DNA of 64,000 nucleotides, from positions 42,581 through 106,580 of IMG/VR virus record IMGVR_UViG_3300012344_000014; one strand, written 5' to 3'. Within the stretch, counting starts at the first letter, position 1, and each line of letters begins with the position of its first letter. Source of the stretch: a virus. Its lineage: Duplodnaviria; Heunggongvirae; Uroviricota; Caudoviricetes. The translations under genes were made by a program, and so were the position numbers. This document shows positions 45,087 through 54,011 of this stretch, in pieces. The notes under the pieces were generated by a model. The model was not told the origin of the DNA. It saw nothing but the letters and a program-made list of their open reading frames with translations, and did not search any database.

Positions 45087-45688
45087 CAATGTGGAGACGA
45101 CCCCACGATCCCATCTGCGATACCTAGCCATTGTTTTCCCTCCATTAATTTTGTCCGAATTCGCGCGCCCGTTTCCGCGACGCGCTGCTGAACGCGTTGG
45201 CGGCTGAGCCCGAGCTCGTCACCGAGCGACTGACAGGTTTTGCCACCTATATGATAACACAGATACAGCCGCGCCGCATCCTCGCCGACAATGGATTTCA
45301 TATAAGAAACGATGCGCTGCGCATCCATAAAGGCGTCTGCATCGGTGATACAGCGCTGATCGCCGGGGAGATAATAGTCGATCATCATATCGGAAAGAAA
45401 ACCGACGCCACTCTCTGGTTTACGGGACTGCGTGTTATTATACGCGTTAAGATGGGAGAGCTCGCTGCGAACCTGGTGCCAGAGATAAGTCGACCAGGCG
45501 CATTTGCCGGGGACATAGCTCTGCACGGCGCGAACCGCAACAAGATGGACGAGTCCAAGCGAATCATCGAACCCCAAATCCCGTCGATAACGCGCAAGCT
45601 TTGAAGCATAGAGGACAAGCAGCCCATAATTCCGCTCGAGGAAGGCGCGCTGCGCATCAGTGAGCGGCGGACAAATTTTCTTTCTCAT
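45086..45688 (-). CDS. sigma-70 family RNA polymerase sigma factor 1
   Basis: Region 2-like (LVHLVAVRAVQSY...STYLWHQVRSEL) and region 4 HTH (SLGDELGLSRQRVQQRVAETGARIR). Confidence 0.7.
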   Translation of the reverse strand: MRKKICPPLTDAQRAFLERNYGLLVLYASKLARYRRDLGFDDSLGLVHLVAVRAVQSYVPGKCAWSTYLWHQVRSELSHLNAYNNTQSRKPESGVGFLSDMMIDYYLPGDQRCITDADAFMDAQRIVSYMKSIVGEDAARLYLCYHIGGKTCQSLGDELGLSRQRVQQRVAETGARIRTKLMEGKQWLGIADGIVGSSPH

Positions 45689-47517
45689 TAGAACGGCAAT
45701 GTCTGAGCCAGCATGATGCCATACTCCGGCATGGAATCGGCGCGCGGGTCAGGCTTCTGCACTCCCTCCTTATTCCAGCTGAAATTATTCAGATCGCCTT
45801 TATCGGCCTGATAGATGCGGCGGCTATCGCCGCAATAACAGCACTCGATGAGTTTTTCAATGCCGCCTTCGCGGTTTTTGATGATGCGCAAATTCGGGCG
45901 CTCAACAACGATGGCGGAATCTGCAAGGTTGACGATCTGTGAAGAACCGGCGACATCAAATTTCCCAAATTGTTCGCCCGCTTTACGCTTGCGCGGGTGA
46001 CAAACGGCCAGCACATGGACTGAAAAACGAACGGCAAACTTTTTGAGCGCGCCGATAAACTTGCCCTGCGCACGGGTTTCCTCATCGACGTCAGAGAGAG
46101 AAGTCATCAGGTTATCGACAAGAAAAAGCTTGCAGCCATAGCGGCGAACCGCCATGGTGAACACTTCGAGAATGGATTCCGCCTGATTATGCTCGAAGAT
46201 TTCGTTATTATCGAAGAGAAAAAACTTGCCGCCGTAATATTCCGAAAGCCGCTGCTGAACCTGCCAGCTGAGAGACGGCACCTGTTTTTCTCGAACAGGA
46301 TCATACTTCAGGCCGATATAATCAGAGCCGGCGCACTGGAGATTGATCCATTCCTGAAACTTCTCCTTGCGAAGTTCGCCGGAATAAGCACAGACGCTAT
46401 AACCCTGCTCGATTGCGTTGAGAAGAAGCAGCCCGGTTAGGGTACTTTTACCGTTTCCGGAATCACCCGTAAAAACGGTGAGGCCGCCCTCGACAAGCCC
46501 GCCAATCGTCGCATCCAGCGCAGGGATCATCGTCTTGATTCGGGGAACGGTCGTCGGGTCATACGGGGTGACGGTGCCGAGATCGAGCAGACCCTTGATG
46601 GGAACCTGTCGGGCATTCTCGACCATATCGATCAGTTCGAATGGGCCCAACGCAAAGAGGATTTCGTTCGCGTCCTTACATTCCTTGCCGCGGTCTTCCC
46701 AGTAAGGGTAATCCTCAACGATGGCGCACCGCGACTCGTCCAGCCGCTTGGCCACCTGCTGAACCATCTTGCGGCCGGGGTCGTCGTTATCGCCGAAGAG
46801 AATAATACGCTTGAATTTTTCCAGCCAGTCCCAGCAGTTCTCGATCCAGCTGAAATCCTCGCAGCCGGAGGGGACAGAAACGACGTTGGTGACGCCGGCC
46901 TCATAAAGGGACATGGCGTCCAGCTGGCCTTCCGTGATGACGAGCGGCTGGGCGAAGGAGCACATATCCATCCCGAAGAGAACAGCCTTTGTGCCGGGGG
47001 CGCGCCACTCCTTTCCCTTCTCGCCCTCTTTCGGCTTCCACGGCCGGCGGAATTTCTCAAAGACGTTGACGCCGTTTTCATAAAAAGGGAAGACGATCAT
47101 GCCGGCGTCGTCGGACTGGATCTTAAAAGCGTCGACCGTTTCGCGGCTGATGCAGCGCTTCTCAAAATACTGATAGATCGCTTCCGTGGGCGGGTTGAGA
47201 TGCGTATCGGGGAGCTTCCACGCTTTAGGCTTTTGTTTGGCGAGGCTGGAGGAGCGAGCGGAGCGGGCGGCATTGGTATCGCCGAAGAATTCGGCCAGCT
47301 CGTCAAAGTGCCCGCGCTTGCCGCAGGTGCCACGCTTGCAGACAAACACTCCTTTATCGATGGAGAGCGCGAAGGTTTCCTTATCCCCATTATCCCCGCC
47401 GTGACAGAAGGGACAATACTCCGGGACGATTTCTTCGCCCCCATCCTGCTTGGGTTTCACCTTAAAATTGCCGAGATACTGATCCGCGAACCGGATCATC
47501 TGATCTCTGTTATTCAT
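45688..47517 (-). CDS. primase-helicase (zinc finger, Toprim and DnaB/RecA-like ATPase)
   Basis: CPFCHGGD...CKRGTCG zinc finger; Toprim VITEGQLDAMS...FGDNDDPG; Walker A GDSGNGKST. Confidence 0.9.
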   Translation of the reverse strand: MNNRDQMIRFADQYLGNFKVKPKQDGGEEIVPEYCPFCHGGDNGDKETFALSIDKGVFVCKRGTCGKRGHFDELAEFFGDTNAARSARSSSLAKQKPKAWKLPDTHLNPPTEAIYQYFEKRCISRETVDAFKIQSDDAGMIVFPFYENGVNVFEKFRRPWKPKEGEKGKEWRAPGTKAVLFGMDMCSFAQPLVITEGQLDAMSLYEAGVTNVVSVPSGCEDFSWIENCWDWLEKFKRIILFGDNDDPGRKMVQQVAKRLDESRCAIVEDYPYWEDRGKECKDANEILFALGPFELIDMVENARQVPIKGLLDLGTVTPYDPTTVPRIKTMIPALDATIGGLVEGGLTVFTGDSGNGKSTLTGLLLLNAIEQGYSVCAYSGELRKEKFQEWINLQCAGSDYIGLKYDPVREKQVPSLSWQVQQRLSEYYGGKFFLFDNNEIFEHNQAESILEVFTMAVRRYGCKLFLVDNLMTSLSDVDEETRAQGKFIGALKKFAVRFSVHVLAVCHPRKRKAGEQFGKFDVAGSSQIVNLADSAIVVERPNLRIIKNREGGIEKLIECCYCGDSRRIYQADKGDLNNFSWNKEGVQKPDPRADSMPEYGIMLAQTLPF

Positions 47518-47518
47518 A

Positions 47519-48028
47519 TCAATCCATCACATTCGTTCGGAGAGTATAGCTGCGGCTATCGACCAGCTCTTTACAGGCGCGGCATTTGCCCTGCACCTGC
47601 GCAAGCTGGTTAATGGCCTGCTTATCGGCGAAGAAATCATAAACCGGCTTGAGCAGGTCCATTTCGTTTTTACACTGCCGGCGTTCCCGGCGGACAGCGG
47701 CCAGCCGCCTATACATATCATAGCCTTTGGAGGCGTTCAGATTATCAGACAGCTCGATAACATGGAGAAGATCCTGCGTTTCCTGATCGAACTCCTGCCA
47801 GCGGCGCTCGTTTTCCTCATAGCGGGTGACGGCGGAGCGGGCGAAATCGAGAAAGGCGCGAATCTGATCAACCGGTTGGAGGGTATCGTACTCCTGCTTG
47901 CGATATAACCTGAGCACGGGGGCAGGAGCGGGGGATGCGGAAGCTGACGGCGGCTGCTCCGGGTTTGAATTCAGGATATCCTTCACAATCCGCTGCGAAA
48001 GCGGTTTATATTTGAGCTTTTTCCCCAT
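47519..48028 (-). CDS. hypothetical protein
   Basis: ATG 48028 lies immediately after the upstream stop, within track ORF 47519-48244. Confidence 0.5.
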   Translation of the reverse strand: MGKKLKYKPLSQRIVKDILNSNPEQPPSASASPAPAPVLRLYRKQEYDTLQPVDQIRAFLDFARSAVTRYEENERRWQEFDQETQDLLHVIELSDNLNASKGYDMYRRLAAVRRERRQCKNEMDLLKPVYDFFADKQAINQLAQVQGKCRACKELVDSRSYTLRTNVMD

Positions 48029-48029
48029 A

Positions 48030-49544
48030 TCACTTGAGCACCTCCCAAACAAGCAGGTAACGATCGCTGCGCAGCTGCTCCATGAGGCACTGATAGGGAT
48101 CGAGCGTGCCGGACATGACCATCTTTGCAATGTTAGGCGAGAAACCGGAAACGAGCGCGACGCCGAAATCATTTTCCCTGACGGGAATGGTATCGGTGCG
48201 GCCGCAAACATTCCAAAAGACCAGGCGGGGCAGGGAATAACCATAAAAATCGTACTTCTCCCTCACCTCATCGAACAGACTGCGATTGAAGTGCGGATAA
48301 CACCCGGCGTCGAACTGCATATCGGAAATGATGAGGATATTTTTCGGAAGCTCTTCCTGCCTGAGCTTATTTTGAACCGCCGTATCAAGGATAAGATCAA
48401 ACACAGCCTCGATATTCGTATTCGAACATTCATCATGCCGGCGGGCAATGCGCAGCTTGGACAGCAGCGTGCTCGCGCCGGAAAGATCGACCAGCTGAGG
48501 ACGCACGGAGAAGGTGATATAGCGATTACGGTAAACGCCATGCAGCCGTTCGGCAAAATAAATCGCCAGACCGTGCGCGATATCGAGCGGCTGAACACCG
48601 CCGGCTTTCAAACCGCACGTCATACTGCCGCTGCCATCGGCGACGACGATGGTTTCCGCTCCATCGGGGACGGTATCAGGGAGCGCCCGCCAGAGCGCTT
48701 CAAGCGCGTCGTCCACACGCCGTTCATCTTCGTCATATTTTGCGGCGATTTCATGCGGCATGAGGACGGAGGAATTAATCTTGACATCCTTCACGCCGGC
48801 CTTGAGATCTTCCAGATATTGCCGCCGGCGATCTTCATCATGCTTAAGGAACGCCTTGCGATAAATCAAATTCGCGCGGGAGGGGACGGTATTATAATTG
48901 ATTTGCCCCCACTCGCCGGCTGACATTTTCAGCTCGATAACATCCAGATAGCGGCGCAGCTTTGCGACGGCGCGGCGATAATTGCGCGGCGTGACGTGAA
49001 ACTTTGCGGCCAGCAATTTTGCGGCTTCGCGATGGGAGGGGACGCGGCTCTTTTCGGATGGAAGCCATTTGGCAAGGAGCGAAATCGGCCGCTTTTGCAG
49101 CATATCCGCCGTATCCTGCCGCATCTGATCGGCAAGGATATCGAGAACGGAAGAAGCGAGCTGCGTATCGAGCAGGGTAAACAAATCGTCCCAGCGGCCA
49201 TACTCCGCGAAAAGCGGGAGCAGGCGCATCAGGGCATAAGGAAACTCGCGCGCCAGATAGCGGGCGCAGACGCGAAAGAGCCGCCGTTCGCCCATACCCT
49301 GCCGGCAATCGCGGGCAAAGAAGAGCCAGACGATCGCCGCGGCCATATCTTCCGCACAGGCGGCGGCAAACATCGTTTCGATCTTCTCTTCAGGCGCTTC
49401 CCGCAGAGAGGAGACGGCAAAATTCAGATCAAGCAGGGCATGGCCGCTGGTGCGATAAACCTTCGCGCCGTTATCGGTATAAGAAACGTTCGCCGAACTA
49501 TTCACGAGCGTTTCATTCATCTTATCATAAAAATTAACAGCCAT
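48030..49544 (-). CDS. DUF2828-like protein with C-terminal vWA domain
   Basis: N-terminus YTDNGAKVYRTSGHALLDLNF...FFARDCRQGMGERRLF and a vWA-like C-terminal half. Family assignment is from memory. Confidence 0.6.
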   Translation of the reverse strand: MAVNFYDKMNETLVNSSANVSYTDNGAKVYRTSGHALLDLNFAVSSLREAPEEKIETMFAAACAEDMAAAIVWLFFARDCRQGMGERRLFRVCARYLAREFPYALMRLLPLFAEYGRWDDLFTLLDTQLASSVLDILADQMRQDTADMLQKRPISLLAKWLPSEKSRVPSHREAAKLLAAKFHVTPRNYRRAVAKLRRYLDVIELKMSAGEWGQINYNTVPSRANLIYRKAFLKHDEDRRRQYLEDLKAGVKDVKINSSVLMPHEIAAKYDEDERRVDDALEALWRALPDTVPDGAETIVVADGSGSMTCGLKAGGVQPLDIAHGLAIYFAERLHGVYRNRYITFSVRPQLVDLSGASTLLSKLRIARRHDECSNTNIEAVFDLILDTAVQNKLRQEELPKNILIISDMQFDAGCYPHFNRSLFDEVREKYDFYGYSLPRLVFWNVCGRTDTIPVRENDFGVALVSGFSPNIAKMVMSGTLDPYQCLMEQLRSDRYLLVWEVLK

Positions 49545-49555
49545 TGAAACCTCTT

Positions 49556-50107
49556 TCAGGCGGCGAACGCCGCATATTTTTTTCGGATACGCTGCAGGGT
49601 GCGCATGGCCGTAGCATCGCCAAAGCCGGCGGCACGCCCCGCATCGCGCGTGGTGGCACCGTTCATTTTCTGCTGGACAAGTATTCTTTCAGGCTTGGAA
49701 AGGGTGCCGAGGAAGATATCGAAATCAGCCTGTGTCTCGATATCTTCCGCAGTAGAGCCTTCTTTGGCATAATAATCCAGCCCATCGAACATAATCGACG
49801 AATCAACGGGATAGGAAATGGTTTTTGTGAAATCAGTCGTGCGCTTGGGGATATGGACGACATTCATCTCCATCAGGTAGCGGCACATTGCGTTCGTCAT
49901 ATCAAGAAGCGGGGCTTTGCGCGCCGTTTCGATATCGGGGCTGCGGCGGATATGCTCCAGCATAACAATGGACGCTTCCTGAAAGAGATCCTCCGCGCAG
50001 GCGCTATAATTTTTGTCATTGCGGCGTCTAAACTGATGGACAGCTGACCAGACCAGATTTATACAGGAACGAAAAATCTGGTCTTCCTGACCGGGAGAAA
50101 GATTCAT
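49556..50107 (-). CDS. sigma-70 family RNA polymerase sigma factor 2 (divergent)
   Basis: Region 2-like DLFQEASIVMLEHI and region 4-like SKPERILVQQKMNGATTRDAGRAAGFGDATAMRTLQRIRKKY. Confidence 0.6.
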   Translation of the reverse strand: MNLSPGQEDQIFRSCINLVWSAVHQFRRRNDKNYSACAEDLFQEASIVMLEHIRRSPDIETARKAPLLDMTNAMCRYLMEMNVVHIPKRTTDFTKTISYPVDSSIMFDGLDYYAKEGSTAEDIETQADFDIFLGTLSKPERILVQQKMNGATTRDAGRAAGFGDATAMRTLQRIRKKYAAFAA

Positions 50108-50185
50108 TTGGCATCCTTTCTGCCAGCAGCCTGATATAAACGTTTTCTATGGGCGATTTACGAAATTACGGGATGAGGAGAAAAA

Positions 50186-50689
50186 TTAAAAGGGAAGATC
50201 ATCCTCATTGAAACGATTGGCGGGAGCGGCAGCGGGCGCAACAGGAGGCTGCACAGCGTAATTATTATAAGCGGGGACGGGCTGGGCGGGGGCATAAGCC
50301 GGAGCGGGCGGAGCGTATCCGTAAGGCTGGGGCTGAGGCTGAACTGGTGCGGCGGCCTGCGCATCCTTCTTAGATGAGAGGAACTGCACCTTGCCGGCAC
50401 GAAGCTCGAGGGAGAATTTCATTGTGCCGTCGCGCCCCTGATAGGAACGGACGCTCGGCTCGCCATCACAATAGACGGGATCACCCTTATGGAGATACTT
50501 GGCGCAGGCGTCTGCCTGCTTGCCCCAGACGGCGACGCGATAAAAGGTCGCGGCTTTTTCTTCGCCGTTGCGGGGCTGATAATCGGGGTCAACGGCCACG
50601 TTAAAGTTGGTGACCATATTTTCGCCGACCATACGGTTTTCAGGATCAGCCGTGAGACGGCCGATGATTTCAGTTCTATGAAGACTCAA
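50186..50689 (-). CDS. ssb: single-stranded DNA-binding protein
   Basis: OB-fold N-terminus, Pro/Ala/Gln-rich linker and the acidic tail EDDLPF. Confidence 0.9.
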   Translation of the reverse strand: MSLHRTEIIGRLTADPENRMVGENMVTNFNVAVDPDYQPRNGEEKAATFYRVAVWGKQADACAKYLHKGDPVYCDGEPSVRSYQGRDGTMKFSLELRAGKVQFLSSKKDAQAAAPVQPQPQPYGYAPPAPAYAPAQPVPAYNNYAVQPPVAPAAAPANRFNEDDLPF

Positions 50690-50706
50690 TGCTTTTCCTC
50701 CCTTTC

Positions 50707-51741
50707 TCAGGCGGCAAACGCGGCGTAAAGCGCGTCGAGCGTAGCCTGATCTTTAATGGTACGATAATTCGCGGTGCCGCCGGTGATCGATTTGACTTTT
50801 GCCAGCAAATCGGCGCGTTCCATCGTTTTTGAAGCGGCCTTGATAGCAGCATCTACCATTTCCGGCGTGACAGCCGAAGCGGGGATGGGAGCGGGCGGCT
50901 CGCTGAAGGGGAGCTGCGATTCATCCATCGGGGATGCGGCGGCGGGCATCGGCTCGGAAACGGGAGCCTTTACGGCGCGCTCAATAGGCGCCGTTGCGGC
51001 TTCCGGCTTTGCGCCGGCCAGCCAACCGTGAATCTTCGCGCCGACTTCAGGCGTGATGACGAAATACTGGCCGTCGAACAGGCGGGTACGATCCTTCGTG
51101 GCGCATGCCTGATGCGCCTGATCAAGCTCGAAGAAGGTGGTGACTTCATATTCCAGACCATCGCGGAACTGAATGCCCATACCCTTCTGGACGACCTTCT
51201 TGCGCCCGTTTTCCTCTTCCATAGCGTACTCTTTCTTGGAGCGCGCAGTGATGATGACGTGCATATCACACTGAAGGATTTTATCAATGAGCTTATTGTG
51301 CAGCGGAGTCACATCCCGCCAGGCGGTGTAGCTGTTGCCGCTGCGCTTGGCCGCGTTGGCCTGCATTTCAAGCAAGCCGCCTTCGCCCGTCCATGCATGA
51401 GTGAGCGAATCGATAATGAGGAATTCCATGCCGGCGCGTTGTGCTTCGTCAATCGCGTCAATGTATTTCTGGGGCCCGAAGGGCGGAGTGATATCAATTT
51501 TGCAGAACTCTCCGATTCGCACATTGCCGACCTGCTCATCGACGAACAGATTGGCGGAGCGGTTTTCGGTATCGACGACGCAGATTCTATCCCAAACCTG
51601 CGCGTCCGGCCAATCGGGATGGTCTGCGTGGACAAGACCATAGGCGAGCAGGAGAGAGCTCATCGTTTTGCCGCTGCCGGAGATGCCGCCGATGCCAAGC
51701 TTGATGCGTACCTGCGATTTTCTCGCTTTACTGATTGCCAA
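50707..51741 (-). CDS. RecA-like AAA ATPase (Sak4/AAA_24-like)
   Basis: TTG start. Walker A IGGISGSGKT and Walker B FLIIDSL. Adjacent to ssb. Confidence 0.7.
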   Translation of the reverse strand: MAISKARKSQVRIKLGIGGISGSGKTMSSLLLAYGLVHADHPDWPDAQVWDRICVVDTENRSANLFVDEQVGNVRIGEFCKIDITPPFGPQKYIDAIDEAQRAGMEFLIIDSLTHAWTGEGGLLEMQANAAKRSGNSYTAWRDVTPLHNKLIDKILQCDMHVIITARSKKEYAMEEENGRKKVVQKGMGIQFRDGLEYEVTTFFELDQAHQACATKDRTRLFDGQYFVITPEVGAKIHGWLAGAKPEAATAPIERAVKAPVSEPMPAAASPMDESQLPFSEPPAPIPASAVTPEMVDAAIKAASKTMERADLLAKVKSITGGTANYRTIKDQATLDALYAAFAA

Positions 51742-51773
51742 GGTAAAATACCCCCTTCTCGAATTTTGTTTTT

Positions 51774-51811
51774 CAATAATAAAGGGAACATTTTCGGCAC
51801 CGTTTTTTCAC
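51774..51811 (-). promoter_or_regulatory. conserved intergenic element, copy 3
   Basis: The - strand reads TGAAAAAACGGTGCCGAAAATGTTCCCTTTATTATTGAAAAAC, upstream of the ATPase/ssb/sigma operon. Confidence 0.5.
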
Positions 51812-51843
51812 TTTTCGAAAATTTTCTTCGAAAAAATTTTTAT

Positions 51844-52740
51844 TCACCACGGCAGCGTATTCACCGCCCTCGCGAGCTGCTCGGGATGGGAGTGATCATA
51901 CCGGTTGGTAACGCGCAGAGACGAGTGGTTCGCGCAGTCCCTCGCCACGCCGGCGCCGTTACGCTTTTCAACCTCGGAGATGAAAGTATGCCGCAGGCAA
52001 TGAGGCCCTGTGGCAAGGCCGAGCTGTTTCTGCTTGAATGCGAGCGCGCCGTAAACGGTTTTGCGGTTCATCGGCTGACCGTGCGTGGAGAGGAAGAGCG
52101 GGCGGGAATGATCGTCCGCGTCGGGGCGGGTTTGAAGATATGCGTCGAGCACGTCGTAGAACGAATCCTTAACGTAAACATCCTCCCAGTTGCCGCCCTT
52201 GCGTTTGCAGTAAATTTTGCCGCGTTCGCCGTCGAGCACGTCGCCGATGGTCAGGGCGCACAGCTCGCTCACGCGCATGCCGGATTCCAGAATAAGCGTG
52301 CAGATGGCGCGATCGCGCAGTTTATTGCGGCCGGGCATATCGCCGAGCAGTTTGCGCGTCTGCTGGACGGTCATGTATTTCTCCTTGCGCTCCCATTTGG
52401 GGACGGCCTTCTCATTGGGGAGCTTATGCGTGGTCAGCACGCCGCTGAGATCTTCCGCCGTGGCCTGCGCGACCTTCCACGCCCAGCGGAGGAACGGGTT
52501 GAGCATGCAGACGTAATTATTGCGCGTCGTCATCTTGCAACGAACGGACAGATGGTTATAATACGCATCCAGCACGGACGGCGTAAGGCCGGAGAGTTCG
52601 TTCTCCCCGACCTGCACGCCGTAGTTCCGCTCCAGCTGCCGGAGGATGCGGTTCAAGACCTCGGCGCAATGCGCCGCTGAAACATCCGAAGCGCCGCCCG
52701 CCTTATAGCTTGCGGCGTAGCGTTCAACCAGCCTGTACAT
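51844..52740 (-). CDS. tyrosine recombinase (XerC/D-like)
   Basis: AAGGAGGG RBS then ATG 52740. Catalytic residues fall in LESGMRVSEL, HCLRHTF and RVTNRYDH. Confidence 0.85.
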   Translation of the reverse strand: MYRLVERYAASYKAGGASDVSAAHCAEVLNRILRQLERNYGVQVGENELSGLTPSVLDAYYNHLSVRCKMTTRNNYVCMLNPFLRWAWKVAQATAEDLSGVLTTHKLPNEKAVPKWERKEKYMTVQQTRKLLGDMPGRNKLRDRAICTLILESGMRVSELCALTIGDVLDGERGKIYCKRKGGNWEDVYVKDSFYDVLDAYLQTRPDADDHSRPLFLSTHGQPMNRKTVYGALAFKQKQLGLATGPHCLRHTFISEVEKRNGAGVARDCANHSSLRVTNRYDHSHPEQLARAVNTLPW

Positions 52741-52945
52741 TTCCCTGTTCCCTCCTTCTGCGCGCGGCGACGATCTGCTTATATTCCTCAACGACCTCAT
52801 TCAGCCGGGGCGTGCGCAGATAGCGCCAGTAACGCGTGCCGAACTCATCCTTATAGGAATTCTCATAGCGGATATCGTGGACGTGGATGAAGGTTTCGAG
52901 GGCGAAGTTGTTCGTTTCAAAGATTTCGGGATTCTGATTCATCAT
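52724..52945 (-). CDS. hypothetical protein
   Basis: 73-aa ORF. Confidence 0.45.
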   Translation of the reverse strand: MMNQNPEIFETNNFALETFIHVHDIRYENSYKDEFGTRYWRYLRTPRLNEVVEEYKQIVAARRRREQGNVQAG

Positions 52946-53162
52946 AATAATTTTGTCCTCCTAATTGTTTTTCGGTTTCGGAAAGATAGAAGAGAATTGC
53001 CTGCCGGATTGCTTCCGATCTGGTAAGCCCCGCCTGCCGGCAGAGGGAATCGACGCGATGAACAATCCAGGGCTCGAGCCGGAGATGAACGCGTTCGCTG
53101 CGGGCTTCCGCCCCAAGGGTTTTGCGGCCGGCTCCGCGTGGGTTTTTGATTTTGTCACACAT
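52917..53162 (-). CDS. ribbon-helix-helix (CopG-like) DNA-binding protein
   Basis: VHLRLEPWIVHRVDSLCRQAGLTRSEAIRQAI fits an RHH beta-strand plus two helices. Confidence 0.55.
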   Translation of the reverse strand: MCDKIKNPRGAGRKTLGAEARSERVHLRLEPWIVHRVDSLCRQAGLTRSEAIRQAILFYLSETEKQLGGQNYYDESESRNL

Positions 53163-53240
53163 AATTAAACACCTCGTTTCTGCGACATATGATACCCGAC
53201 GCGGAAGGAATTGTCAAGAGGAAATGCGAACGAACGTTCT

Positions 53241-53274
53241 TATTTATTTAACGCCGCGTCAAAAATTCGCGGCG
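53241..53274 (-). terminator. candidate terminator after the 53302-53916 gene
   Basis: CGCCGCG pairs with CGCGGCG, followed on the - strand by the A/T-rich TTAAATAAATA. Confidence 0.35.
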
Positions 53275-53301
53275 GGGACGGGCTATTTTTGACAGTTTTG
53301 C

Positions 53302-53916
53302 TCAGTGCTTATGGAAGACGACGGACTGGCCGCCGGCAAGATCCCAGCATTTGGCGCAGGCGGAACAATTGCCGCTGCAGGGCATGGCGTCAGCAGGGAC
53401 GCGGGTTTCGCGCCCATCCTGCATGAAGGCGACGGGATAATAACCCGGCAATGCACTAGGCATTTCGACGCCCGGCCACGCGCTGAGCACGAGACGGAAA
53501 TTTTCGGGGAGGGTTTCGCGATCGATTGCGGCGAAGAGGTCGTACCGCTTAGTGAAGGCAAGAAACTTGGTGCTGGGATGAGAACGAATAACGCGCAGCC
53601 ACATATCGAGATATTCGCGGGAGAAGAAATCGCCGGAGACATGAATACGGAACATACGCGGGGCGTTAGGGGAATCAAAATACCAGGCGAGATAGGCTTC
53701 AAGGGCGGGGAGATCCTCTTGAGCGAGGGAGAAGTTTTCCGCATAGGCGTTGCGGACGCTGGGGCGGAGGCGTTCCAGCTTGCGGGCATAGCAGCCTTCG
53801 CAGAAGCAGGTTTTGCAGGCGGAAGAGGAACAGGACGCGCCGGAAGACAAAGAAAAAGACGGGATCGCTCCCATCTTCGTGTTGCCGGCGCTGATATGCA
53901 CGGGAAGTTTATTCAT
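53302..53916 (-). CDS. Cys-rich phage protein (GP88-like)
   Basis: N-terminus NTKMGAIPSFSLSSGASCSSSACKTCFCEGCYARK and a C-terminal CSGNCSACAKC cluster. The family name is from memory. Confidence 0.4.
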   Translation of the reverse strand: MNKLPVHISAGNTKMGAIPSFSLSSGASCSSSACKTCFCEGCYARKLERLRPSVRNAYAENFSLAQEDLPALEAYLAWYFDSPNAPRMFRIHVSGDFFSREYLDMWLRVIRSHPSTKFLAFTKRYDLFAAIDRETLPENFRLVLSAWPGVEMPSALPGYYPVAFMQDGRETRVPADAMPCSGNCSACAKCWDLAGGQSVVFHKH

Positions 53917-53983
53917 TTGTCAGGACTCCTTATAGGTTGAGACGGCGGAGAGGGAAGGAACCTCCTTTCTTTTTGAATTGAGG

Positions 53984-54010
53984 GGTAAAAGAAAAGCCCC
54001 CGGAGGGGCT
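53984..54010 (-). terminator. rho-independent terminator after abiEii
   Basis: On the - strand, AGCCCC-TCCG-GGGGCT is followed by TTTTCTTTTAC. Confidence 0.65.
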
Positions 54011-54011
54011 G

